A DNA stretch of 64,000 nt, taken from the IMG/VR virus record IMGVR_UViG_3300010883_000001, positions 81,182 through 145,181 of that record; one strand, given 5' to 3'. Positions 19,661-30,633 of this stretch are shown here, in pieces. Below the pieces are notes generated by a model. That model worked only from the letters and a program-made list of their open reading frames with translations, ran no database searches and was not told the origin of the DNA. Origin of the DNA: a virus. A program made the position numbers and the translations under genes. Numbering within the stretch: the stretch's first letter is position 1; every line of letters begins with the position of its first letter.

Positions 19661-19926
19661 AACCTAGGTCTGCATATAAAAGTGCAGGACACCTCATTTC
19701 TGAATTAAAGAATGATGGATATGGCCCCGATCACCTATGTCGGTCTGGTTCGGTTATTAAGTTTGGTTCATCTAGATGTATAAGTGATATAGAATTAAGA
19801 ATTAAGGATGCAACCCATCATAGAAATAGTTGTGGTTCTAGAACGGCTGCTCGCCAGAGCTATAATGGGCTTTTACATGAACTGAGAAGAATGTTGAGGT
19901 TTGCTATTAGGATTAGTGGTATATAA
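19657..19926 (+). CDS. Hypothetical protein
   Basis: ATGA overlap with the previous gene. Confidence 0.55.
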   Translation: MKPRSAYKSAGHLISELKNDGYGPDHLCRSGSVIKFGSSRCISDIELRIKDATHHRNSCGSRTAARQSYNGLLHELRRMLRFAIRISGI

Positions 19927-19927
19927 T

Positions 19928-21172
19928 ATGTCTATTAGAAGATATGTACGTAGGAATATTAGGGATACATTATATCACGATGATATAGTTGAGACCTCAC
20001 TTTATGATGTTTTCGTAGGTCCATTTGAAGATGTATTGCATGCACTCCCGCTGACGATCGCCACGATTACATCTGTCGCTAGGTTAAATTTAACAGTATT
20101 ATTCGCAATAGATCCTGGAAAAATTGCCGCGGCACATGGTGAGTTTGATAAACGTCAGGGAGAAATTAGTAAAAAGTGGGAGCCTATAATGAAAAACAAC
20201 CAAATAGCAGCAGCTCAGGGTGATCTGGGTGCAGTTGCTTTTGCGTTGGCGCCGGCGGCATTTCTAGGCGGCGCAGCAATGAAGGGTCTATATAATAATG
20301 CCGGTAATATAGGCGGCTGGGCGAGAGATGCAGGTCTAGACAAGGGTCTTTTAAGCATGCTTCCAGGATTTTCGGCGGGAAAGTCAAAATACCCTGAAAC
20401 TCCCGGCGGCGCCGCCAATGATAGCAAAAAAAAGGGGACAGTCCGAAACGTTTTAGAGAAATTGGCATCTATATTTTTTATTTATACACCTACTGAATCA
20501 CAATTTAGAGATGATCTTCCGCTAATTGTGGAGAAGATACAGAAGCCGGCCCCATTTGAGCAGGCATTAGCACAGTGGTTAGATGATACCGGTCTTTCTA
20601 ATGAGTTTGAAGAAATGAAAAAAGAGACAGCCGAAATTCAGATCGGCAAAGCCAAAGCCTCCCACAAGATATTTGCTGATAAGCTGATAAAGTTTGCTGG
20701 ACTGTTCCAGGCAACAGATCTTGAACAAATAGTTGCAGCTATTAAAGAAATTTCACCTGAGCAGGCATCTAAGGTAGAATCAATTGATCAGAATTTAAAA
20801 AAGGCTGAGGACGAGCTAGCTAAAAACGAGAAATTTATTCAACAGCTTAAGGATGAGAAAAAGACAAACCCTAAAGAAGAAATAGAGATGTCAGAGGATG
20901 AAATAAGGTCTTCCGCGAAAAAAGTAGCATTTGCTCAAGCAAAGGTTGATCTACAAAAACAACTTGAAGATATGCTGAAGGATAAAAAGTCTATGGATGA
21001 CTTAATAATGCAAGCGACTGATGCAATATTTTCTGACTTTCCTATTAAGAATGAGAAAGCAATGACGGCCCTTAGGAAAGATTCGTTTGCTGCTAGTGTA
21101 GTAAAAGAGCTGCAGATCCTAGTAGATGATATCAAATCTCAAATTCAAAAGTTACAAAGCATGAGTTTCTAA
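19928..21172 (+). CDS. Hypothetical protein, possible virion protein
   Basis: Begins MSIRRYVRRNIRD (tag-like); hydrophobic Ala/Gly segment, then a helical region. Confidence 0.55.
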   Translation: MSIRRYVRRNIRDTLYHDDIVETSLYDVFVGPFEDVLHALPLTIATITSVARLNLTVLFAIDPGKIAAAHGEFDKRQGEISKKWEPIMKNNQIAAAQGDLGAVAFALAPAAFLGGAAMKGLYNNAGNIGGWARDAGLDKGLLSMLPGFSAGKSKYPETPGGAANDSKKKGTVRNVLEKLASIFFIYTPTESQFRDDLPLIVEKIQKPAPFEQALAQWLDDTGLSNEFEEMKKETAEIQIGKAKASHKIFADKLIKFAGLFQATDLEQIVAAIKEISPEQASKVESIDQNLKKAEDELAKNEKFIQQLKDEKKTNPKEEIEMSEDEIRSSAKKVAFAQAKVDLQKQLEDMLKDKKSMDDLIMQATDAIFSDFPIKNEKAMTALRKDSFAASVVKELQILVDDIKSQIQKLQSMSF

Positions 21173-21202
21173 TATTATTTTTCATTATTAAGGAGTTTTA
21201 AT

Positions 21203-21559
21203 ATGAGTCAAGATTCTGGCAAGGGTTGGGTACCGGAAATTTGTTATGAGGAGCTTGAAGGAGGGTTAACCAGCAAAATACCCTTTATCAATGTCCCAGA
21301 AGACAAGGCAATGCCTGGTGTTATTTTTATATTTGAGTCAAGGGAGACCGGTGAGCTTGAACCCGGGTCTGAGGGAGAAGATCTTCCCGTTATTGAACTG
21401 AACCTTCATCAATATGCCGATATGAGTATGCTGAAAGAAAACCTGACAACCCTAGAATATAATCGGGTTAGAGAAGTGCTGGGTTTAGATCCTTTGGTTA
21501 TAGCGGTTGATAAAGGCAGGGAGATAACAAGTAATATTAGGGGTACTATAGGATCCTAG
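21203..21559 (+). CDS. Hypothetical protein
   Basis: AAGGAG RBS; 118 aa. Confidence 0.65.
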   Translation: MSQDSGKGWVPEICYEELEGGLTSKIPFINVPEDKAMPGVIFIFESRETGELEPGSEGEDLPVIELNLHQYADMSMLKENLTTLEYNRVREVLGLDPLVIAVDKGREITSNIRGTIGS

Positions 21560-21591
21560 GTAGCCGCCTTATCGATCCAAGGTTCTGATAA

Positions 21592-22008
21592 TTAGCGCAT
21601 AAACTTAGACAGATCATAACAGCTATTATTAATTATCTCACCTCTTACATTATATGTTTTTGACTTTTTCTCTGTTTTGTGTATGTGCGCATTCTGAGTC
21701 GTTGTGTTGTCTTCAGATATTATTGTGACTACTGGTTGACTTTTTAGCTGAATTGCCGTCGCAATATTTAAGAATACCTCGGCCGGACACTTCGCGGTTT
21801 TTCCACTATCCATCCTATATTCAACTAACACCGGTGTGGTTCCCACCCACGTGATATTTGTGACCGTCACCTTACCTAAACTTTGTACATTCCACCTCTG
21901 GCCTGGTAATATTGTAATGAATGTATTTTTATTAGTTTTTTCTGCTAGAAAGAATATTGCAATTGACGTGATTACTGATCCTATTAATATTCCAAGGAAA
22001 AGATACAT
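21592..22008 (-). CDS. Hypothetical membrane-anchored protein
   Basis: N-terminal TM; GGGAG RBS on the minus strand. Confidence 0.55.
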   Translation of the reverse strand: MYLFLGILIGSVITSIAIFFLAEKTNKNTFITILPGQRWNVQSLGKVTVTNITWVGTTPVLVEYRMDSGKTAKCPAEVFLNIATAIQLKSQPVVTIISEDNTTTQNAHIHKTEKKSKTYNVRGEIINNSCYDLSKFMR

Positions 22009-22063
22009 TATTTGAAACTCCCTGTCATTAATTTAATCATAACAAAACATTGGAGCTAATAAA

Positions 22064-22720
22064 ATGTGCTATATTTTGCCCAAAGACGTAAAAAATACGT
22101 TGAAAAAAATGTCTGGTTTTTATAATGATATGACGACGGTTTTTGATTCATATGGTTTTAAGTTTGATGAAAATGCCGGCCGCCGAAATATTGTAATGTC
22201 ACATGCTCAAGAAAAAATGCTAGCAAGTGAAATTAGGGATTCATTTGACTCGGTGATATCAGATGGGCGAACGGGACAACCTGATATTGTCATAACGGAT
22301 AATGATATCACTCGCGAACTTGAATGTAAGATTACAACCCCAAGAAAGAGCCTATCATTACAGACGGATTACGAGACCCTACAAAGAAAAGGTTCACTAG
22401 ATTACATTTACTTTATTACAGATGAGAGTTTTAAAGAATTTGCCGTACTTTTCTTTGAGGGTTTAACGGCGGATGATTTTCGTCCCCCGAGCCCTGGATC
22501 ACGTGGAAAGTCGAGCATGATAAAGTATAAGGCATTTTCGAAGTGCACACCCCTACACGGATCATACAATGACTTACGCGAGCTAAATATTAAGAAATGT
22601 CAAAATAAATTAGGGAAATTGAAGAGTTCTCAACAATATGAGAAAAAAAAGATTGAAAAATCCCTGAATTTTTGGTTAAATTCCAATAAGCGATTTACTG
22701 TTAACTTAGAGAGGATTTAA
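22064..22720 (+). CDS. PD-(D/E)XK nuclease-like protein
   Basis: E...GQPDIVI...ELECK motif. Confidence 0.55.
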   Translation: MCYILPKDVKNTLKKMSGFYNDMTTVFDSYGFKFDENAGRRNIVMSHAQEKMLASEIRDSFDSVISDGRTGQPDIVITDNDITRELECKITTPRKSLSLQTDYETLQRKGSLDYIYFITDESFKEFAVLFFEGLTADDFRPPSPGSRGKSSMIKYKAFSKCTPLHGSYNDLRELNIKKCQNKLGKLKSSQQYEKKKIEKSLNFWLNSNKRFTVNLERI

Positions 22721-23212
22721 ATGAGTACTAGAGCGTATACCGTAGGATCGGTATTATTCATATTGTCACCGGGTAATAGGGAAGTACTACCCGTACGGGT
22801 TGTAGAGGAAGTATATAGAAAAAACTTATCCGGACAATCAACGTCATATATTGTTCAAACCACGGAGGGGACATCACATTCGCTAGAAGATTTGGAGGGT
22901 ACCATTTTTTCTTCGACGGAGGAAGTTAGGGCAACAATGTATGATTTATTGAGACGAAAGGTAGATGAAGTTGTTGATGTAACTCACCAATTGGCAAAAG
23001 ATACATTCATGAATTCGGATAATGATGTATACGAAGATCAACATGTCCCCGTGGTACCAACTATAGAAGAAGGTCAGGAGATAGTAGGTCAGCGAGATAA
23101 TCTTGTCGTTGAAGAAGTGAAGGGATTGAGTGAGACTGTTTCTCATGTTACGTTGCCTGATGGATCAGTGGCAAAAGTTTCTGTTAACCTACCTGAGGGT
23201 TTTGAGTATTAA
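22721..23212 (+). CDS. Hypothetical protein
   Basis: GAGG RBS; 163 aa. Confidence 0.6.
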   Translation: MSTRAYTVGSVLFILSPGNREVLPVRVVEEVYRKNLSGQSTSYIVQTTEGTSHSLEDLEGTIFSSTEEVRATMYDLLRRKVDEVVDVTHQLAKDTFMNSDNDVYEDQHVPVVPTIEEGQEIVGQRDNLVVEEVKGLSETVSHVTLPDGSVAKVSVNLPEGFEY

Positions 23213-23225
23213 GAAGAAGATTATT

Positions 23226-24032
23226 ATGAAAAAAAAGAGAGTTTTACTTGTTGATGCCTATAATATGCTATATAGATCTAGGTGTGGATGGAAAGATGGT
23301 GAGAACCCTATCGTATATACGTTTTTTAGATGTTTGAGATCTGTTTTAAACCAGTTTTCTCCAGATGTCGCTTATTTTGTTCTAGAAGGTTATCCTGAAA
23401 TGAAGATGAATTTTGATTCATCTTATAAGGCGCAGAGGAAACGTGAGCATGATCCTGAATGGTTTAGACAGAAGCAAATTTGTATTAATGCAGTCTCTGA
23501 TTTAACCCCAGTAATATCAGTTAAGCATGAAAAACGTGAGGCTGATGATGTGATTGCTCATCTGGCGTTAAATGATCACGCAGAAGATGAGTGTATTGTA
23601 ATTTCATCGGATAAAGATTTTATATTGTTAGCACAACGCCATGAAAGTTTAAAGTTATATAATCCTATTAGCAAAAAGATGCAAGAAATTCCAGACTTTG
23701 ATTATTTGACTTATAAATCATTACGAGGAGATCCATCTGATAATATTCCGGGATTTAGGGGTATCGGAGATAAGCGCGCAACAGCAATGTCTGAAGACGC
23801 TGAGTTATTTTCTAGTTTTATGAGTGATATAGAAAAAGAAAAATTATTTGAAAAAAATAAGCAGATGATAGAATTTGTAAAGATTAATTCGTCATCAGAA
23901 TTAGATTTCTTAGGTGCGCCTAACAATCCGTCTCTTTTAAGAGAACTATTTAACGATTTGGGATTCGAGTCATTATCAACTGAGGGTTCATGGGAAAAAT
24001 ATAGCGCACCATTCTACAAGTTGATCTGCTAG
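23226..24032 (+). CDS. 5'-3' exonuclease / flap endonuclease (PolI N-terminal, T4 RNase H family)
   Basis: LLVDAYN, YKAQR, EADDVIA, ISSDKDF, GDPSDNIPGFRGIGDK. Confidence 0.93.
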   Translation: MKKKRVLLVDAYNMLYRSRCGWKDGENPIVYTFFRCLRSVLNQFSPDVAYFVLEGYPEMKMNFDSSYKAQRKREHDPEWFRQKQICINAVSDLTPVISVKHEKREADDVIAHLALNDHAEDECIVISSDKDFILLAQRHESLKLYNPISKKMQEIPDFDYLTYKSLRGDPSDNIPGFRGIGDKRATAMSEDAELFSSFMSDIEKEKLFEKNKQMIEFVKINSSSELDFLGAPNNPSLLRELFNDLGFESLSTEGSWEKYSAPFYKLIC

Positions 24033-24060
24033 TTGGCTAAATTATATATGAGGTATTTAA

Positions 24061-25927
<1,867 letters not shown>

Positions 25928-25982
25928 TGTATTGTCAGAAGATGTTAGCACATAGTGCTATTAACTAGAATAGGAGGGCTTT

Positions 25983-26234
25983 ATGCCTGCCACGATCGAA
26001 GCAACTGAAGAAGAAAGCCATTTGACTAGGGAAACCCTATCGACAATGTCAGATAGGGAGTTGAATGATTCATTGTCAGACATAACCAGAAAAATTAGAA
26101 TGTTTAGAAAAAACGGAAAGGATACGAAGGTATTTGAGGTAGAGTACTGTTACCTAGAAGACGAAAGTCAGCGGCGCGCTACATATGGTCGAAATTTTGT
26201 GTCGAGAAACTTGTATAAGAAGAGAACTCGATAA
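25983..26234 (+). CDS. Hypothetical protein
   Basis: AGGAGG RBS. Confidence 0.65.
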   Translation: MPATIEATEEESHLTRETLSTMSDRELNDSLSDITRKIRMFRKNGKDTKVFEVEYCYLEDESQRRATYGRNFVSRNLYKKRTR

Positions 26235-26260
26235 ACCTAAATTAATTCCCGGAGAGTTTA

Positions 26261-27034
26261 ATGTCTGATATGTTACAACATTTTTTTAAAGAAGTGGGAA
26301 AATCGCCGCTTCTAACCAGAGAAGAAGAAGTTGAATTATCAAAAAGAATAGAAAAGGGTGACGCCAAGGCAAGGGATAGGATGATTAGATCTAATCTTCG
26401 CCTTGCAATTAGCATTGCAAAAAAATATCAAAACAAAGGCTGTTCATTGGAGGATTTAATTCAAGAATCCAGTATTGGTCTTATGAAAGCAGTAGAAAGA
26501 TTTGACTGGAGGAAGGGTTTTAAATTTTCTACTTATGCGTGTTGGTGGATTCGACAATCTGTTAGGCGTCATATTGCCAGTCATTCAAGCTCTATTAAGC
26601 TTCCTACATACGCAAAGAATATGTTATGGAAATCGAGGCAGATGTCGCTTGAGTATGAAAAAGAGTTTGGTGTAAAACCTACAAAAAAAGAGGTTGCTGA
26701 TCTATTAGGGGTATCCGTCTCTACAATTGACTCCATATTTGCGTGTTCCGGCCCTACAGATTCACTTGATAGAAATCTGAGCTATCGTTCTAGGCAAACA
26801 TCAAGAACATTAGCTGAAGTTCTAGTTGACGAAAATGCCTCTGGTGTTGATGATAAACTTGACAGTGCAACGCTTTTATCGTCAATTCGTGATGCTTTAG
26901 ACAGTCTTTCGGATCGCGAACAAAAAATTGTACGAATGAGATTTGGAATATCTGAGGATGATAATAATATTAAAAATTATCCTTTAAAAAAATCAGAGTT
27001 TGATAAAATTAAGTCTGCATCAGGAGTTAGTTGA
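26261..27034 (+). CDS. Sigma70-family (RpoD/SigA-like) sigma factor, region 4.2 missing
   Basis: LLTREEEVEL, SNLRLAISIAKKY, DLIQE..IGLMKAVERFD..KGFKFSTYA.WWIRQ; ends shortly after LSDREQKIVRMRFG. Confidence 0.93.
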   Translation: MSDMLQHFFKEVGKSPLLTREEEVELSKRIEKGDAKARDRMIRSNLRLAISIAKKYQNKGCSLEDLIQESSIGLMKAVERFDWRKGFKFSTYACWWIRQSVRRHIASHSSSIKLPTYAKNMLWKSRQMSLEYEKEFGVKPTKKEVADLLGVSVSTIDSIFACSGPTDSLDRNLSYRSRQTSRTLAEVLVDENASGVDDKLDSATLLSSIRDALDSLSDREQKIVRMRFGISEDDNNIKNYPLKKSEFDKIKSASGVS

Positions 27035-27036
27035 AA

Positions 27037-27357
27037 ATGACAATGCCAAAAGGTTTCAAGAGTGAGCACGGATATGCGACGGTTACATCTGTAGAGGGGG
27101 CCCTAGATTATCGTAGGATTGCGGAAAAGATGACTAGCGAGGGTTACAAAATGAACCACTCCACAGCTAGGAATATCTTTTTGTCTGCAATGAGAAAACT
27201 TGCGTCTCACGTGGTAGATACTTATAGAATAGATAGCTCATCTGAGATAGTTGACAGGACTGCAAAAGATCCAAGGTTTCAAGAAGGTATTTTTGAGATT
27301 ATGGATGAAATTGAAGCTGATAAAAAGACGTCGACACAAGGTGAGTGTGGTATTTAA
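27037..27357 (+). CDS. HTH protein resembling sigma region 4.2
   Basis: LDYRRIAEKM...NHSTARNIFLSAMRKL; AGGAG RBS at 27022-27026. Confidence 0.55.
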   Translation: MTMPKGFKSEHGYATVTSVEGALDYRRIAEKMTSEGYKMNHSTARNIFLSAMRKLASHVVDTYRIDSSSEIVDRTAKDPRFQEGIFEIMDEIEADKKTSTQGECGI

Positions 27358-27382
27358 TCTTTTAATTTTAAGGAGTAGTTAA

Positions 27383-27751
27383 ATGGGAGCTGGTATACCT
27401 TTTGAGTTTTTTTTGGCTCGAAGAAAATATTCTGTTGAAGATGTCGTAAGAATTGCTGGGGCATTTTCTTATGAAGAGCTTGTAACATTTTGTAGGGAGT
27501 CGCAAATCCGTCCCCCTGGTCGGACTGACAAAGTTTTGAGTGCAATAAGCGCCTTCGCTACGTCTGAGAATGCCTTATCCGCAGGAAACACCCCGGTGCC
27601 AAAGGTAAGAAAGTTGAAAGTGAACAATAATCATGAAAAAGTAACTAATGAACCAACCACGGTTGAGCCGGCGGTTACTATCGAGAAAGAGGCTCCACCA
27701 AAGTCGTCAACGCCTCGTGTTCCTCGTCACCGGCGCACAAAGAAATCATAA
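27383..27751 (+). CDS. Hypothetical protein
   Basis: AAGGAG RBS. Confidence 0.6.
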   Translation: MGAGIPFEFFLARRKYSVEDVVRIAGAFSYEELVTFCRESQIRPPGRTDKVLSAISAFATSENALSAGNTPVPKVRKLKVNNNHEKVTNEPTTVEPAVTIEKEAPPKSSTPRVPRHRRTKKS

Positions 27752-27754
27752 CAT

Positions 27755-27928
27755 ATGTTATTTCCACGCTGGCTTTGGGGTACATGTGTATTTCTTAATG
27801 TTCTTTTGACTTCATTCAATTTATACATTGGAAATAGGGGATATGCTGTTATGGCAACATTAACTGCATTTGTTTGTTTATTTAATTTTATTTCCGTGGG
27901 GAAGAGAGAAGAAGAGAATGGCACTTAG
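27755..27928 (+). CDS. Small two-TM membrane protein (57 aa, not in ORF track)
   Basis: MLFPRWLWGTCVFLNVLL...KREEENGT*; fills the gap. Confidence 0.5.
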   Translation: MLFPRWLWGTCVFLNVLLTSFNLYIGNRGYAVMATLTAFVCLFNFISVGKREEENGT

Positions 27929-28586
27929 AGATATTCGTCAATATCCGGATAAGGTTTTAAGAGAGAGATCTGAGGATTTAGATCTGAGTTCTGATTTAGC
28001 ATGTCAGATTAGAGATGACCTGATAGATACATTATCACTTGTTTCCGGGGCCGGCTTAGCCGCGCCCCAGATTGGGTTTTCGTATAATGCGGTGATTATA
28101 AGACCTTCAATTATGAAAATTCATAATCCTGATCCTAGTGAGAAAAATCCGGATTTTTGGTTTCTTGGAAACCCAGTAATAACGGTCTTATCTGATTCTG
28201 AGAAGATTGTATGGAAAGAAGCATGTTTATCCGTACCCGTCGTTTCGGGTCCGGTCGCAAGAGAGTCATATATTAAGATTAATTACGAAAATATAAAGGG
28301 TGAAAAGAAAGAGGTTACGCTTGGGCCACCTATGTCAATGGTTATGCAACATGAGGTGGATCATCTAGAAGGCAAGCTTTATATTGATAGAGTTCAAGGT
28401 GTTTCCAAGTACATGATAAATAAAAAATTAAAGAAAGCATTTCGAAAGGAAAAGAAGAATCACGAGCAACTAGTTGAAACAATGGCCTCAATTTCCAGAC
28501 CTCAATTAACTAAGTTACATAATGAAAAAAGAAAGAGCCTTCGGGAAAAGAGAAAGAATAAAAAGAAGTCGAGAAGTAAGGGATAA
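27918..28586 (+). CDS. def: Peptide deformylase
   Basis: GAGLAAPQIG, EACLS, QHEVDHLEG; basic C-terminal extension. Confidence 0.93.
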   Translation: MALRDIRQYPDKVLRERSEDLDLSSDLACQIRDDLIDTLSLVSGAGLAAPQIGFSYNAVIIRPSIMKIHNPDPSEKNPDFWFLGNPVITVLSDSEKIVWKEACLSVPVVSGPVARESYIKINYENIKGEKKEVTLGPPMSMVMQHEVDHLEGKLYIDRVQGVSKYMINKKLKKAFRKEKKNHEQLVETMASISRPQLTKLHNEKRKSLREKRKNKKKSRSKG

Positions 28587-28588
28587 AA

Positions 28589-29620
28589 ATGTCACATGAT
28601 CCTTACTATAGAGAGTTAGGTTTAAAATCCTCAGCATCAGACTCTGATATTAAAAAAGCTTATCGCAAGCTTGCAATGAAATATCATCCTGATAAGAATG
28701 AAGGCAATAAAGCGGCTGTAGAAAAATTTAAGAAAATTTCTCATGCATATGCAGTCCTAACTGGAAAAGAATCACCTGAAAATGATGCATCAAACTTTAA
28801 TCCATTTGCTCATGGCACTGGATTAGATGATATATTTAAAGAGTTTTTTGGTGGTTTCAGCACCGGTTTTGCAAGAGACTTTTCAGATTTTGAGAGGCCC
28901 CAGACCAGACCACGCCGCGATCTAGATATTCATAGCAACATAAATATTGATTTTCTAGATGCAGTTAGAGGTTATGACAGCGTAATAAGTGTAAATACAA
29001 ATAAAACATGTAACCCATGCCAAGGTACTGGTTCTGATGGCGGTCATTTAGTTTCATGTGAAACGTGTGACGGAACAGGGTCTAGCGTAATACGTAGGGG
29101 TCTTATGGTGATTCGGCAGGCATGTCCGTCCTGCGCTGGTAGTGGTCGTCAACCGGCATCATTATGTAGAATATGCTCTGGCCGTGGTTTTGGTACCGGC
29201 CTAACAGAGGTTCGTGTTACGATTCCTCCAGGAGTAGACTCAGGAAATATTTTAAGAATGGTTGGGCTTGGAAACGAATTCTTAGGATCTGTTGGAGATC
29301 TTTTTCTTCAAATTGGTGTTGGAGATTCATCGGAGTTTTCTAGGGATGGATATAATATTTCTTCAACATATGATTTGAAGTATACTGATTTTATCCTGGG
29401 CGCAAGAGAGAATATAAAAACAATATACGGTAATATCTCAGTAACAATCCCCCCAAATACTAGGCCTGACAGTAAATTAAAAATCTCAGGTAAAGGTATC
29501 ACAAACCCATCTACGGGTGCAAGAGGGGATCATTTTTTAAGGTTAAAAGTATCCGTACCTTCGCACATAACAGATAAGCAACGAAGCGCTATCATGGTGT
29601 TAAGAGGTTTAGGGTTGTAA
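28589..29620 (+). CDS. dnaJ: DnaJ chaperone (type I)
   Basis: J-domain with HPD, G/F region, four CxxCxGxG motifs, C-terminal domain. Confidence 0.95.
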   Translation: MSHDPYYRELGLKSSASDSDIKKAYRKLAMKYHPDKNEGNKAAVEKFKKISHAYAVLTGKESPENDASNFNPFAHGTGLDDIFKEFFGGFSTGFARDFSDFERPQTRPRRDLDIHSNINIDFLDAVRGYDSVISVNTNKTCNPCQGTGSDGGHLVSCETCDGTGSSVIRRGLMVIRQACPSCAGSGRQPASLCRICSGRGFGTGLTEVRVTIPPGVDSGNILRMVGLGNEFLGSVGDLFLQIGVGDSSEFSRDGYNISSTYDLKYTDFILGARENIKTIYGNISVTIPPNTRPDSKLKISGKGITNPSTGARGDHFLRLKVSVPSHITDKQRSAIMVLRGLGL

Positions 29621-29628
29621 TTATATTC

Positions 29629-29657
29629 GTGCAATTTAGTTTTTTCTGTGGTATAAT
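29629..29657 (+). promoter_or_regulatory. Putative promoter GTGCAA-N17-TATAAT (extended TG -10)
   Basis: Repeated motif. Confidence 0.7.
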
Positions 29658-29683
29658 ATTACTATAAACAGGGAGGATTTAAT

Positions 29684-29941
29684 ATGTTCTTGACCACCTT
29701 AATTTTTCTACTAATCTTATTTGGTGGAATTCCTGCATTAAAATATTTTACGGCATCATTTATAATTAGTTTTGCAGTGGGAATAGGTGCTTGTGCTCTC
29801 TTATTTGCAGGATCTACTATCGGTTATTATGTGGGTGGGGTTACTGGCTTGTGGACATCAATATTTCTATCCTCAGGTGTTGTCCTAGGTACCCTGGTTC
29901 TTATTATTGTTTTTAGCTGGACAAAGTGTTCCTGTGAGTAA
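29684..29941 (+). CDS. Hydrophobic membrane protein
   Basis: GGAGG RBS; about three TM segments. Confidence 0.6.
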   Translation: MFLTTLIFLLILFGGIPALKYFTASFIISFAVGIGACALLFAGSTIGYYVGGVTGLWTSIFLSSGVVLGTLVLIIVFSWTKCSCE

Positions 29942-30230
29942 GGATTCAATCGCTACTTTAGTAGAGCTTTTGATGCTAGAGTCAGGTATTGTACCTTTAT
30001 CTGCCGGTGATATATACCCTAAGATAGTTGATGCTAGTTGGTCAATTGATAAAAGATTCAGTTCTATCTCTAAAGAAGAGAAGAGAAAGATGAAAAGAAA
30101 ATTTCGAAAACTTTGGAGAAAAAAAGCAAAATCATCCGGGAGAGATTTTTCAAAACTGTCTCGTACTACAAAAAGACAATTAGTAAGATCTTTATTTTTA
30201 GACATGGCCAAAGAAAGTTTTTTTGATTGA
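29907..30230 (+). CDS. Basic hypothetical protein (start possibly GTG 29934)
   Basis: ORF; KRKMKRKFRKLWRK. Confidence 0.55.
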   Translation: MFLAGQSVPVSKDSIATLVELLMLESGIVPLSAGDIYPKIVDASWSIDKRFSSISKEEKRKMKRKFRKLWRKKAKSSGRDFSKLSRTTKRQLVRSLFLDMAKESFFD

Positions 30231-30298
30231 TTGTTTAAGTGTGGAAAAATAGCGTATATTTATGTATGTTATTTTCTCAATAAACGAGGTCATACTTT

Positions 30299-30598
30299 AT
30301 GAAAGAAATAGAAATACCACTATCTGTCCTTAAGGCCATGTCACGACTCCCAATGTCAAGAGAAGAGATTGATGAGGTTGTTGACATGAAACATACAGAT
30401 CTAATAATTGAATATGGGCTAGATTCTCTTCAGGCTCATATGGCATGTACATGGACTTATACCGAGGCCCAACGCCAGCATTCCCAAGATATGTCTATGT
30501 CACTTGCGGACGCACCAGAAAGAAAACCATATGGTGCGCATACAAAAACATACCCCCTCAAGGAATCGTTAAGAAGATTAATCAAAAAGTACAGGTAA
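30299..30598 (+). CDS. Hypothetical protein
   Basis: Ends KESLRRLIKKYR (tag-like). Confidence 0.55.
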   Translation: MKEIEIPLSVLKAMSRLPMSREEIDEVVDMKHTDLIIEYGLDSLQAHMACTWTYTEAQRQHSQDMSMSLADAPERKPYGAHTKTYPLKESLRRLIKKYR

Positions 30599-30599
30599 G

Positions 30600-30628
30600 C
30601 TGTACATATTATATTTGTTTTATAAAAT
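30600..30628 (+). promoter_or_regulatory. Putative promoter CTGTAC-N17-TAAAAT directly before the tilS ATG
   Basis: Repeated motif; ATG starts 6 nt after the -10 box with no RBS. Confidence 0.55.
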
Positions 30629-30633
30629 TTTCT

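Noticed and set aside
25944-25965. CIRCE element near groEL
   Set aside because: Only TTAGCAC/GTGCTA match, the spacer is 3 nt rather than TC-N9-GA, and it lies downstream of groEL
26981-27036. Programmed -1 frameshift (TTTAAAAAAA) fusing sigma to the downstream HTH
   Set aside because: The -1 frame hits TGA, TAA and TAG stops before 27031
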